From assembly GCF_006345805.1 (NCBI RefSeq), contig NC_043000.1, forward strand, positions 113,584,001 to 113,648,000: a DNA stretch of 64,000 nt, written 5' to 3'. The number at the start of each line of letters is the position of its first letter. Positions within the stretch are counted from its first letter, which is position 1. Below the pieces are notes generated by a model that saw only the letters and a program-made list of their open reading frames with translations, had not been told where the DNA came from and made no database searches. The translations under genes and the position numbers were made by a program. Below, piece after piece: positions 40,210 to 53,652 of the stretch. This DNA comes from Octopus sinensis. Its lineage: Eukaryota.

Positions 40210-40256
40210 GAACTACGCATATATAGGGAACTACGCATATATAGGGAACTACGCAT
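40210..40256. repeat. 18-bp tandem repeat, about 2.6 copies
   Basis: gaactacgcatatatagg starts at 40210 and 40228, with a partial copy at 40246. Confidence 0.95.
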
Positions 40257-40294
40257 TGGACTTTTGAATCATATTTTCTTGCTCCACCGATCAG

Positions 40295-40359
<65 letters not shown>

Positions 40360-41035
40360 CTGCTCTAAACTGATTCAGAACAACACACGACTCACTGAAG
40401 ATAATGAATCCTGGACTGTTGCGACAGGGTTCACGGGGCAAATTCGTCTCAGTCTACAGTGTAGGGACTTATATCTGTGTCCCCTTTAACTATGGGCGTT
40501 GGTATTGTTTTGATGGAGTGTTAATATATGGAACGGAAGGAAACTGATGATGGTGTGCAGGGGTAATAAGTGGTTCAAAGGTGAATTCATAGAAGAGTTT
40601 CAGTGCAAATTTTTATGATTGAAGAATATTTAGCCTTGGTCTGGCAACGAGGAAGAGAGAGAAGGAGGGAGAGAGAGAGAGAGAGAGAGGAGAGAAGGAG
40701 AGAGATAGAGAAGGAGAGAGAGATAGAGAAGAAGAGAGGTGGGAGAAAGAGAGAATGAAAGAGAAATGGAGAAAGAGGGAGAGAGAGAGAGAGGAAGCGG
40801 TGTTGTAGTTTGGTTTGTACTTTTTGTTCGTCGCCATTTAAACTAAGACTATTTGCACGTCACAAATTATTGATTCGATTCCCAGCATAATCGATTGGTT
40901 GTGCGTATGGGAGGGTGTATGCGTGCGTGAAAACGAATTCGCACAGAAACATAATTTTTTGTCTCCTTCGCAGACACAAATCGTGTGTGGGAATTTCGTT
41001 GCGAACGTTCCCTCTGCAAGAAAATTACTGCGCGG

Positions 41036-41335
41036 AGCTGCTGAGTACGGTAGCCAATACGCGTTATAATACTGTATAGATCCACAAACTACGGTAACCA
41101 GAACACGTCATATCATTACTACGTTGGAGCCACATACTGACATGGTCAGCACATGTTCTATTGCAGTTTGTGGCCACTGACCACAATACCCAGTCCATCG
41201 AGCGGATCCAGTGACTACATTAGTCAGTAAACGTCAGATTACTGCGTAAATCCACTGACTACGATAGTCAATAAGCGGCATATCACTGTGTAGTTCCACC
41301 GACTACGGTAGCCTCTACGCATCATATTAGTGTGT
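41036..41335. repeat. Degenerate minisatellite of about 44 bp, about 7 units
   Basis: atccactgactacg(g/a)tag(c/t)c-like motif at 41080, 41206, 41250 and 41294 (period 44). Confidence 0.75.
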
Positions 41336-42155
41336 GAAGAGACCGAGAAAAATGCATAAAACATTCCTGTCTGTGAATCAGAATATTCCTGCAGGGGCAA
41401 ACAATTCGAACCTTGGAAGTATATCAGGGAATGTATTCATACAATATGACAAGTGCGTGAAACATTAATGGAACATCAGATGAAGTTATGTGTTATGGGC
41501 TGGGGCAGTAGCCGCAGCAGCAGCAGCGGTTGCAGTACATCAGTTGCTGTTTAATCCCGGTGATTTATGCAGTTTATGTGCGCCTTCCGCGAACTTATTT
41601 CAGACTTTTGCCTCTGCCGGTGGCTATACATCAATTTTGTGTGACATTTCCGGCGGTCAAAAAGAGTGATGTCGACATACAAATGTATTATCCGATGTCG
41701 TGGTTCTTACATTAGGAGCTTTAACTCTCGTTCTCTCTCGTTCCCTCTCGTTCCCTCTCCCTTTCTCTCTCAAGAGATCTGGTGGAGTTTCCTTCGGAAT
41801 TATTCCCCAACATTAGACGCAACCCGAGGGGAAATAAATAAATATATATGTATATAAACAAAAACAAAAGACAAAAAATTAAAATGATAGAGAAAAGAAT
41901 TTGTGTAGCCAGCTGTCTAGTGGTACCGAATAAAAACAACCTACATCGAAGAGAAGAAAGCCAGTTGGCAACAGAATTAATCATGCAGACATTGCTCCCT
42001 TGGCACAGATATAAGACGACGGATGTGTTAAGTTAACAATGACACAACAACATATTATGAGTCACCTTCAGATAAACTCTTTCATGAAGCTGACTGTACA
42101 CACACAGGAGAGTTATACACACACACAGAACCTACATATATACGGTAGCTATATA

Positions 42156-42221
<66 letters not shown>

Positions 42222-42489
42222 AAAGACGAAAGCTATACCAGAGAACACAGAGAACATCGGTGGTACGCGTAGGGCAGTTCTACGGAGAAGGTTTATATTT
42301 GTGTGGCGTTGTGTCAATGGTATCGATGCCGTAGACTTGGAACACGACGCTTATCTACGATCAGCTGTGGATGTCGTGGATGGTGAAACGGTGAAAATAA
42401 ATACCGAGGGAATAAGTTTGAGCCACACACCGCAGGCATGATCCACAGAATTTGATCGGTACGGGTAAATCTCAGATCACCAGGACAGA

Positions 42490-42547
<58 letters not shown>

Positions 42548-42815
42548 CTCTCTCACTCTCTCTCTATCTATCTATCTATCTCTCTATCTATCTATCGCTA
42601 TTCTTCTATCTCTTTTCTCTTTCTACTCTACTCGTTGTCTTTCTCTCTCACCTCTCTCTCTCTCTCTCTCTCCCTCTCTCTCTCTGTTCTCACTCCTCCT
42701 CAATCTTTTCCAATGTAAATATATATGCACACACACACACACACACTCACACATACATACACACACGGGCACGCACACACGCACATATGTATGGATTATA
42801 AGTATGTATTTGTGA

Positions 42816-42847
<32 letters not shown>

Positions 42848-43612
42848 TTGTGCTTATATATATATATATATATATACATATATTTATATATACATACACA
42901 CACACATACAGAGAGGGACATAGACAGACAAACAGACAGACAGATAGACAGACGGATAGTTTGCGATATACAGAAGGAATAACAAAGATAAGACCATAAC
43001 ATTTATGTTCAAAGGGACTCCAATGAATATGGTACACACGCACACACACACACACACACACACAAACATAATTGCGTACAGGAAAGATTTCGCAATAATT
43101 TACTCGTAGTGACATACTGAAAGAAACTGTTAGTCTCTAGGTATTGTCTCATTTAAAATAAAGGAACCGACACAGCACAACTCCTAAATGAATGGGGGAA
43201 GTGTTCAATCCCTCATCCTAGAGCCCCATATTGTTAGAGAAGAAAAAAAATTTGGTAGCTCCTAATTTCACCGGTGGCCGTTTCATTGTATGTGTGTGTG
43301 TTTGTATGTGTGTATGTGTGTGTGTGCGTGTGTATGTGTGTGTGCGTGTGTGTGTGTGTGTGTGTGTTGTGTATGTGTGTGTAGTTATGTCTCACTGGCA
43401 GGAGTCAGTGGAATAGAAATGGTTAACGTGTACATGTGTGTGTATGTGTGTATGTATGTGTGGAGGGGCACGTGGGTTGCTGTATGTGTGCTTACTTTTC
43501 TACAGTTGTATATATTCACAGACCCGTGTAAAGTTATTTTCATCACATATACACACACAGGCCCCATAGTCGTATCGTATCTTCCTTCATAACATTTCGT
43601 ATGAGAATCAGT

Positions 43613-43812
43613 AAGACAGCGAGCTGGCAGAATCGTTACCGCGCCGGGCAAAATGCTTCAAGGCATTTCGTTCGTGGTTACGTTCTGAGTTCAAATTTCG
43701 CCGAGGTCGGTGTTGTCCTTTTTATCCTTTCATTGTTGATAAAAGAAGTGGTTGTTAATCGATTTACCCCGTCCTCCGAAATTGCTGGCCTTGTGCTAAT
43801 ATTTGAAACCGA
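43613..43812 (+). mobile_element. SINE family A with private substitutions
   Basis: gcgagctggcagaatcgttaccgcgccgggcaaaatgc...gagttcaaatttcgccgaggtcggtgttgtcc. Confidence 0.88.
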
Positions 43813-44252
43813 TAGAGGAATAAATTAAAACATCGATATGGTTCAGTCAGCCAGGAGCGAAGGCACGCAGCGAACTGAATAAATATTAGCTACGGGATGG
43901 TGTAAGGGAGATAACTATTGTTCGTATAATTCGTGTTTAGCCCAGAGACAACTTTCACCTAAAGTTTGTAGGAGAAAAAAAAACAATTGGAGGGGGAAAA
44001 AAAGGGGTTAGAAAACGTTGCCTTTGATACATGAAAGATTATTTAAAGTGGGGAAAAATAAATAGTAAAAACAGAAAATGGGTTTTTAATTAATTTTTCA
44101 AAGAAAAATGCAAAAGTAGGTTTCGTTAATGGTGAATCTTCACAGGTTAAAGTAATCTATGGTTGTGTGAATGTGTGTGTGTGTGTGTGTGTGTGTTTAT
44201 GTGCGTGTGCGTGTGTAAATATGCATATATATATATATATATATATATATAA

Positions 44253-44301
<49 letters not shown>

Positions 44302-44514
44302 AGTAGAACCTCGGTTTCCGATAACTCTGGTCACGAATATATCGTACTATATCTTCTGTCTTTCTCATATTCATTTAATACAGTATACCACCTCGATTTA
44401 TAAACGCCTCTGATCACAAATAAATCATGATTTATATATACATACATACATACATATATATATATAAACATATACACACACAAACACACACACACACACA
44501 CATATAGGGTGCTT

Positions 44515-44655
44515 CTGTTAGCTGAGTGCTCTCCTTATTGGTCGCTTCTACCAGTTGCTAGCCTGTCCCACTAGAACCTTCTCCTCTTTGCAATCAGTTG
44601 CAGAATGTCTTCATAGCTCATAGGGTCCACCTCTAAGATTGTCCAGCATTTGGTT
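44515..44655 (-). mobile_element. Possible RTE C-terminal remnant
   Basis: Minus strand KCWTILEVDPMSYEDILQLIAKRRRF*WDRLATG, only a weak resemblance. Confidence 0.35.
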
Positions 44656-45406
44656 GAGTGTTCGATAAGCGTTGGCCGAATGTTAGCGTACTATATCTTC
44701 TGTCTTTCAACAATGAAAGGATAAAAAGGACAACACCGACCTCGGCGAAATTTGAACTGCGTTGGCCGAATGTTAGCGTACTATATATGCACACACACAC
44801 ACACACACGGGCACGAGTGGCCTTCCTATTTCCAGGCTAAACCCTTTTAGTCTTTTCTTGCTTCTTGCTTCATTACAATCTTTGTCTAATCAAGAACATT
44901 CCTTAGAAAACTTATTTCTACGCTTATCTTGTAATGATATCGCAAATGTAGACCGCAAGAATAGCGTTTCAAAATCTTATAATCTTTGATTCTGATCAGA
45001 TTTTCGCTTCCACATTTCTGAATTGTAGGTTCGGATTCTTCGCATAAACACGTTGACCAGTTAAACCTCGTGTTGCTGGCTAATAGCTCTCCTATTCATG
45101 ACTGTGGTCTTTTAGTATTCCAAATAGTTTTGACACTAGCAAGACACGTTTCTAAACCACCTCAGTTCCGTGCGGTGCAATACTGCTGAGAGAATACAAA
45201 CTCTATAATATATTTCATATTTCATAACCATCCCACGTAATCACTTCTCCGCCATGTCACATCATACTCCACTCTAAGTCATTTGTTTCCTTGTCTCAGT
45301 TTTTCTTCAGGTTTCGTCAAACCGTTCGGTCATTATTATCAACTTGTCAATTCTTGTGAGTAATAGGTTTGCTGTTGTTAATAGATCTGTTGTTGCTGCA
45401 TCATCA

Positions 45407-45546
<140 letters not shown>

Positions 45547-45562
45547 TATCACTGCAGTTGTG

Positions 45563-45848
45563 TGAAGGCTCATGGTTTATTGGTCAAGGTATTGGGCTGA
45601 CGATCGCAAGGCCATAAGTTCAATTCCCGGCGACGCGTTGTGTCCTTGAGCAAGACACTTAACTTCGCGTTTGCTCCAGTTCCCTCAACTGGCAAAAGTG
45701 AGTTGTACCAGTAATTCAAAGGGTCAGCCTTGTGACATTCTGTATTGCCTTGTATCCCCTTGAGAACTACGTTAAGGGGACACGTTAATTTCACAATCAG
45801 GCTGTTCCACTGATCGGGTCATCTGGAAACCTTGTCGTAACCGACAGG
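45563..45848 (+). mobile_element. SINE family D
   Basis: agttcaattcccggcgacgcgttgtgtccttgagcaagacactt...gggtcagccttgtgacattctgt. Confidence 0.85.
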
Positions 45849-46049
45849 TTTTATCCTTGAAATAGTCAAACCCTGATAGACTAGATCCATGATTAATCAT
45901 TACATCCATAACCAATCGTAATTCATTGTCTACCTAGGGCAACATTACACAGTATGTCATTCTGTAAATCATACACAAAAAAAGTTTTGCTATTATTTCT
46001 AGTATTTCAAGGGACCACATAGAAGTGGCTTCTGAGGCCGGAATGTGTA

Positions 46050-46310
46050 TTCAGTCTCACTCAAGTATGCTGTGTCACCAACATATCTGATATCCATGAG
46101 AGGGATTCAATGCCACTCCTATAATCTAAGTTCTGGCATCTCTCATGACAAATTCTTCGAATGTATCAAAGACATTGGAGTGAGTATGGCCAATGTGTCT
46201 TCAAACAGTACCTCTTCGAAACCAATACTTCAGCTGCCCACCCACCACGATGGCACACAGAGGATTTTTGTAGAGCGCTTCTATAATTCGCATTATTTTG
46301 GTGCCAACAC
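46050..46310 (-). mobile_element. Decayed RTE-like reverse transcriptase fragment
   Basis: Minus strand KIMRIIEALYKNPLCAIVVGGQLKYWF...EEFVMRD then MDIRYVGDT (a decayed RYADD). Confidence 0.65.
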
Positions 46311-46859
46311 TTCCAAAGGCCCTTCCAAAGATTTAAAATCTTATTCTGAAGAATAAGATCTTATTCTGAGGAATAAGAATGCTGGGTGTCTTTCTGGTTT
46401 GTCGATAATTACTTCGACAAAAATTGACATCGATTGAAGTTGTGCTAGATTTAAAACCAAATTTATTCTCTCTTGACGGATAGTTTCTTGGGAAAATATT
46501 ATTTATAGAAACGATGTCAACAACATGAAAAGTAAAAAAAAATACGCACACACACACACACATGCTGAGTATTCCACCAATTCTAACCCTCTTCTGCCCC
46601 ACATTTAACTAAACTTGTCACATCATCAAATTTCGAAGCTTTTCTTTTTCTCCAACTTTCAATGTGCTGTGGTGACCAGGGCCCATCATACCGCACAGGG
46701 CTGCCAGAACGTAGAGAAAAGGATGGGACGTATCCTCAAAGTGGACATCTGATTTATCCGGTTATATCGATAGGGAGCCACAAAAAGCCTCCAAGATAAC
46801 CAGATTTGTGGTGTTAAATTGGACGATGGGTGAAGTCTGCTACACAAGTAACCTTTTCC

Positions 46860-47004
46860 GATCTCTGGTACTTACTTATCTACCCCGAAAGAATGAAAGG
46901 CAAAGTCGACCTCGGTGGAATTTGAACTCAGAACGTAAAGACAGACGAAATACCGCTAAGCATTTCGCCTGGCGTGCTAACGCTTGTTCCAGCTCGCCGC
47001 CTTA
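46860..47004 (-). mobile_element. SINE family A
   Basis: gaatgaaaggcaaagtcgacctcggtggaatttgaactcagaacgtaaagacagacgaaataccgctaagc. Confidence 0.92.
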
Positions 47005-47504
47005 TGTAGACAAATTATTGGAGTAATGCGGTAAGGCCATGCCAATATTACTCACTTCACCATACAAAAAAGCATGCTTTGTGGGGTTGCCGACTTAATT
47101 TGTCCTGGTTGAGTATATTTATGCCATCTCAAGCCATGAGACCTTATCTCCTCGATGGAGTCACAAGGACCGTCGTGGCCTAAGGCGTTTCTGACCATAG
47201 ATGATTGCCTCGACGAAACATGAAAGGGGCAGATAAAAAAAAAAACTGAGAGAAGAGTATACCTTCGTACAGCACTGGTACTTTGTTTATCGAACACGAA
47301 AAGATGACAGGTAAATTTGACTGCGGCTGGATTTGAACTCGGAGCGCAGAGACGGAATGATTACTGCAATCCAACCTGTCCAACGCTCTGACGATTCTGC
47401 CATTTGACCGCTTCTAAGAATATATATACCATCTGCCCAACGATCCAAATTTATGCATATACCCAGCTCTCTCTCTCTCTTCCTTTTCTCTCTCTTTCTT
47501 TCTT

Positions 47505-47547
<43 letters not shown>

Positions 47548-47594
47548 ATCACTATATATATGTATGCGCGTGTTGTAAGAACGTATATGCATTA

Positions 47595-47631
<37 letters not shown>

Positions 47632-48007
47632 TGTATGTATGTATATATATATGCGCGTATGTGTGTGTGTATAATGATTTATGCCTAAGTCCACCTCGAC
47701 CATAGGGGGTTGCCTATACGTGTTCACTGTGTTGGCTTTAGTGAAAAGCTTACAATTAAGGCACGCGGTGAATGCGTAGGGGAAGTCCATTAAGCAACTT
47801 TAAATAATCCGTGTCGTTTCCAAGATGGCGTCGATTGGATGAAACTGTAAGTAATTATTGACGTTTTATTCCATCTCTAATATGTTTCTGTATTTTAATA
47901 TGATTTCTGATTAAGAAATAATAAAGTTTAACTCTGCTTTTAATTCTATACATGTACCTGCATATACTACATCTCCGATCCTTTTCCTCAGTATGTCTGG
48001 CCGTCTA

Positions 48008-48266
<259 letters not shown>

Positions 48267-49650
48267 GTCTGTCTATCTATTTATCTATGTCTGTCTGTCT
48301 AACTATCTATCTTTCTATCTATAATTCTATCTATATATCTATCTATCTGTCTATCCATCTATTCATCCATCTATCTATCCTTATCTATCTAGCTGCCCCA
48401 CTTTCTCCCTCTCGATCTATCTGTCAATCGATCAATCGATCTATCTGCCTAGGCAGCTATTTAATAATCTGTACATTTCTCTCCTCCCACCCTTTCTCTC
48501 TCCACTCCTCCTTCTCGTCTCTCTCTTTTCTTCATTTTATATACACATATATATATTTTAATAAATGTATGCAATCCTATATGTATATCACATTTGATAA
48601 TCAATAAAGCGAAACACTTGAAAATTATATACGAGTTTGTTATCAATATTTCTACTTCATTTTATTTTATTTTATGTTATTATTTACTTCATCTTTTGTT
48701 ATTATTTTTGTTTTATTATTTATTTCATCTTCATTTTCAACATCATCACCCTCACCATCACCACTACCCTTGTCTCCACCGCCCTCATCACCATAATCCT
48801 ATTTAAAATTAAAGAATGAAACATCTTCAAAGACTTCTTCGGAAAGATTGCCGAAAAATCAACATGGCATAATATCGGTAAGTTCTTCACGTGGTTATAG
48901 ATTCCAAGGAGTTCACAAATGCTTCGATATCTTGGAGAGAAATAATACTAGAAGAATAGAAAGACGGTGGACATGATGACAGGAATGCGAGTCAGGAATT
49001 GGTGACGATTCTTAAGAAAGATTTCAACCGGAAAATGTTAACCAGAAGCGATAGATGGAAATGCGTGCACGCACACGCACGCACACACACACACACACAA
49101 CTCACAGACACACACACATACACACAAGCTCACAGACATATACACATACACACAAATACACACTCTCACACACACACACACGCTCACGCACAAACACTCA
49201 TGCACATACACGATCACATACAATCGCACACTCTCGTGCACAACCCGTTGTGCATATACAGTCATACTCACGCATACACACATACATATAATCACACACA
49301 TACATTATATATATATATTTTTTTTTTTTTTTGATTCTAGTTTCAGCTTATGAGCTGTGGCCATATATATATACATACACACACACACATAAACATACAT
49401 ATACAAAATATGGGTGTTTAGTTCACAGGTAATCCAATCTTCTAGGTACGTTGCGTAAGTGCTGCAACGGATTACCAGGGCTCCAAGCCCATAGCCGAGA
49501 CGGGATTTATGAAGTCGTTGTAGATTTCCGATATTGCCGACATATACTAGTTTAAGAATACAACAGACGCTAAGTCAAGGCAAGCACCTCAAGTCATATA
49601 CGTTATTATCATACACACACACACACCACACACACACACCCAACACACAT

Positions 49651-49746
<96 letters not shown>

Positions 49747-49764
49747 TATAACAATAATAATAAA

Positions 49765-50014
49765 ATATGACAACAAAATAATGAATGAGACTTCGATATT
49801 ATGTAAATATTATCTATAAAGATAATATATGACAATTAGTTGGTTGTCATAATAAACTCAGAGTTTCGGATGCTGGGGCGGAGTCTGGTCCGGCATCTCA
49901 TCAGTTATTAAGACAAACCTTGTCTTAATAACTGATGAGATGCCGGAGCAGACTTCAGCCCTGGCATCTGAAACTCTGAGTTTCATTATGACAACCAACT
50001 AATTGTCACATATA
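49765..50014. mobile_element. Palindromic (foldback) element, family H2, with a hammerhead-like core in each arm
   Basis: Arms 49825-49916 and 49920-50014 around a 3-nt loop. CTGATGA at 49932-49938 and GAAAC at 49970-49974. The left extension is homologous to 58170-58236. Confidence 0.8.
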
Positions 50015-50218
50015 ATAAATATATATATATATAAGACAAGATGATGGAACGAACAAGATTTATTGCTTTGATTATTGGTAACAGCTGTTATTTGCTGATT
50101 TCCACATGTATAACCAGTAAAAGAGATACTTCAGCAATATAATAGCCGATAACTGTATAAGTGCTTTAAAATGCACGTTATGAGGATTTTGCCCAAACGA
50201 TATTGAATATATATATAT

Positions 50219-50582
50219 AGGCACAGGAATGGCTTTGTGGTAAGTAACTTACCAACCACATGGTTCCGAGTTGAGTCTCATTGAGGGGCACCTTGGGCAG
50301 GTGGCTTCTACTATAGCCTCGGGCCGACCAAAGTTTTGTGAGTGCATTTGGTAGACGAAAACTGAAAGAAGCACGTCGTGTATGTTTGTCCCTCCAACAT
50401 CTCTTGACAACCGATGCTGGTGTGTTTACTTACTTCTTAGCGGTTCGGCAAAAAGAGACCGATAGAATAAGTACTAGGCTTACAAAGAATAAGCTCTGGG
50501 GTCGATTTGCTCGACTAAAGGCGGTGCTCCAGCATGGCCGCAGTCAAATGACTGAAACAAGTAAAAGAATAAAAGAATTAAA
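50219..50582 (+). mobile_element. SINE family E, full length without a long internal microsatellite
   Basis: ggcacaggaatggctttgtggtaag...ttagcggttcggcaaaaagagaccgatagaataagtactaggc...gcagtcaaatgactgaaacaag. Confidence 0.93.
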
Positions 50583-50939
50583 AAATATACATATGAAGGA
50601 GAGAAGACTATCGTGAGTGATGCGAGTCTTACTTAAAAATCCAGATTACACCTCTGATTGATTGATCGTTAATTATTTTCATTTATTTACACTCAGACAT
50701 TTCATTAATATAATGCAATTATTAGCAGTATTTATATAACAAAAAAAATTTAAGCAGGTTTTAGGCAAATTATCTTTTATCTCATTAAAACAAATTCTTA
50801 ACTCTTTCATTATATCCTCGTAAAATCTATTTTGTCGGGTAAACAATTTAACAAGAGAAATAGCAAAGCACTTTTATTAATAACATAAGGTAAAATGTTG
50901 TTTTTGGACGAAAGCTGTTTAAATTTGATACTAAGTAAC

Positions 50940-51255
50940 CAATTTCAATTTCATCGCCCCTTTTCAAGCCTAGCCAGATTCATGATCCCGGTTTCCCGGT
51001 CTCCGTGGCGTATATGATCCCCCAGCTGGACGGGACGCTAGTCCATCACAGCGTTACACAAGAAATAGGAAGTGAGAGAAAGGTGTGGCGAAAGAGTACA
51101 ACAGGGCTCGCCACCACCCTCTGCCGGAGCCTCGTGGAGCTTTTAGGTGTTTTCGCTCAATAAACACACACAACGCCCGGTCTGGGAATCGAAACCGCGA
51201 TCCTCCGACCGCGAGTCCGTTGCCCTAAGCATTGGGCCATTGCGCCTCCACAAAG
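50940..51255 (-). mobile_element. Chimeric SINE: family-B head plus V-domain-like tail, with a 15-bp TSD
   Basis: TSD TTGATACTAAGTAAC at 50925-50939 and 51256-51270. Head matches 29688 and 39644. Tail matches 27470-27570. Confidence 0.93.
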
Positions 51256-51959
51256 TTGATACTAAGTAACAGCTGTGTATATTTCTTATGATCCAACATC
51301 TTCGATGATGGTGGGTTGTGCCTAAGAATTGAATGCTGTCATGTGATCAAGACTCTTGTAGTTGAATGAAGTGAAGTATGACTTGTTTCAACGCGTGTAA
51401 TTTTGGCTTCGTACAAGAAAATAATTTTACTGAGAGAATATGAATACAGAAGTTAAATATTCTTTCCTACTCTAACCCCGAAATTACGGATAGCAACGTC
51501 ATAGAGCGGGGCTGCTTGTCTGCAAAAGGGATCGATCCTGGAGATCGGTTCAGTGATATAATGTGAACAATAGAAAAAAAATTGGAGAACTTAGACAACA
51601 CTATGCTACCATGAAATCGACCGGAAACCAGAGAGTTGAAATAATCCAGTAATTTATCAAAAGCAGAAGAAACGACTGCTGTAGTATTTAGATATTCAAG
51701 CTTCGATGCATGTGTACGTGTGTATATATATATACCCGAGTGAGCACATAAATATGAAACAAGGTGGGAAAAATAGTGCTCGAGTACCGGAGGTAGAGTA
51801 ATATGCTTTATTTTTGAAGCTGAATAATAATGTGTGTGCGTGCGCGCGTGTGTGTGTCTGTGTGTGTGCCTGTGTGTGCCTGTGTGTGTGTGTATCTATG
51901 TATATATGTGTGTGTGTGTGTGTGTATGTAAAAAGAGATGGGAGATAGATAGAAAGATG

Positions 51960-52018
<59 letters not shown>

Positions 52019-52030
52019 CTATAGATAGAT

Positions 52031-52292
52031 ATGTTTCTTTGATGGCCACACAGGGCTGAACACAGAAGGGACAAAATACAAAGTAGGGCTTTTCTTTTTG
52101 GGAAGAGAAGGAAAGAGAACAAAAAAGAGAATAAAAGGGAGGGTAGAAATTCAATCAAAAGGGATCGTTAAAAAACAAAAAAAAAAAGCCGATCAATAGG
52201 GATCGTGTATCTGGCCACACATGGCTGAACACAGAGGGGACAAAATACAAAGTAGGGCTTTTCTTTTTGGGAAGGAAAGAAAAAAAGGGGGA
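52031..52292 (-). mobile_element. Two very short 3' ends of a Tx1-like LINE subfamily inside a (GATA)n array
   Basis: atgtttctttgatggccacacagggctgaacacagaagggac at 52031 and a repeat from 52209. Homologous to the 3' UTR at 52521. Confidence 0.8.
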
Positions 52293-52294
52293 GT

Positions 52295-52382
<88 letters not shown>

Positions 52383-52394
52383 CAGACGACAGAG

Positions 52395-52469
<75 letters not shown>

Positions 52470-52520
52470 CAGACCAAGATAGATAGATAGATAGATAGGT
52501 AGATAGATAGATAGATAGAT

Positions 52521-53628
52521 ATGTTTCTTTATTAGCCACACAGGGCTGCACACAGATAGAACAAATTACAAGGTAGAGCTTTTCTTTTGAAGGTTTAAAA
52601 AAAAAAAAAAAAAAAAAAGGAAAGGGAGTTTCGATCAAAAGGGATCGTAAAAGGAGAGAAGAGGACACAAAAAAGGGGGGGTTAAAGAAAAAAAAAAAAA
52701 AAAATGGGGAGAGGAAAAAAAAATTGATCAATAGGGATCGTTATCACAGAAATGTCAATATGAAGTGTAAAGGGGAGGACAGGTGAGGTTTACCCGTGGA
52801 AAGAAAAGCCTACGGAAAAGACCACGGTAACCTCGGTCAATGAAGTCACATTTTATATTTCTTTTTTTTGTTTTTTTTTTTTTGCAAATAAGCAACTCTC
52901 TGTTTTCGATTTCTGGGTTCATAGGACTATGCTCAAGGTGGCTTCGTCATTCATACGTGCCATTCTTGCTACATTCACCCATCTTTTTTTAAAACATTCG
53001 CTAGACAAAACTTGCCTCTCTACTCTCACTTTCCTTTTCAAGTGGTACTTGAAGAAGTTGATGAGAGATTGACCAGAGAGGACAGTGTTTGTCTCCAATC
53101 CTTTCAGACGCGTCCACCAGATACATTCTTTCGCCATAGCCACAAGGATGATGAAAATAGCTCTTCCTTCCCGTTTGAAGGAAGGAGGGTGACAATATTG
53201 ACGATAGACTCAGCTGATAAACGACTCGTCCCACACGTGACAGCAGTTGTTCGACACAAGCCCACAGGTCGGAATTGTTGGACACTGAACGAGTGCGTGC
53301 AGAACGGTTCGTCGCTCTGACCGCATCTCGGGCAGGTCGGCCCCGTGTTTCTCGAGCCGTTCTGTAGAGCTTCCCGAACGGGTAGCGCTTCTCGGTAGCA
53401 CTGCCAGGCCAGGGATCTCTGGAAGTTGTCCATGGGCCCTGGCCCGAAAGTCGTCCCGAACAGGCGGGTCAGGTACTCCTCGTCGACGTCCAGGTTCGCC
53501 CCGAGCTCGTCGTCGTACCTCCCCTCCACTAAACCCCTATAGAATGCTTTGGTTGTGTTGAAGTCACTTAAGGTCGACCCAGGACGGCAGAGTTGCTTGA
53601 GAGCAACGCGACACTCGCGGTGCCATTC
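52521..53628 (-). mobile_element. 5'-truncated Tx1/L1-like LINE copy A (ORF2 C-terminus with CCHC zinc finger plus 3' UTR)
   Basis: AWQCYREALPVR...TCPRCGQSDE...MAKECIWWTRLKGLET...RWVNVARMARMNDEATLSIVL*, stop at 52919, with several 1-2 bp indels. Confidence 0.92.
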
Positions 53629-53652
53629 AGATAGATCGATAGATAGATAGAT

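Noticed and set aside
41036-41335. CRISPR-like repeat-spacer appearance
   Set aside because: The spacers are homologous to each other, the context is eukaryotic and there are no cas genes. Treated as a minisatellite.
46325-46380. Short nested palindromes (atcttattctgaagaataagatcttattctgaggaataag) containing CTGAAGA
   Set aside because: There is no GAAA or stem III. It is a local duplication of a small hairpin.
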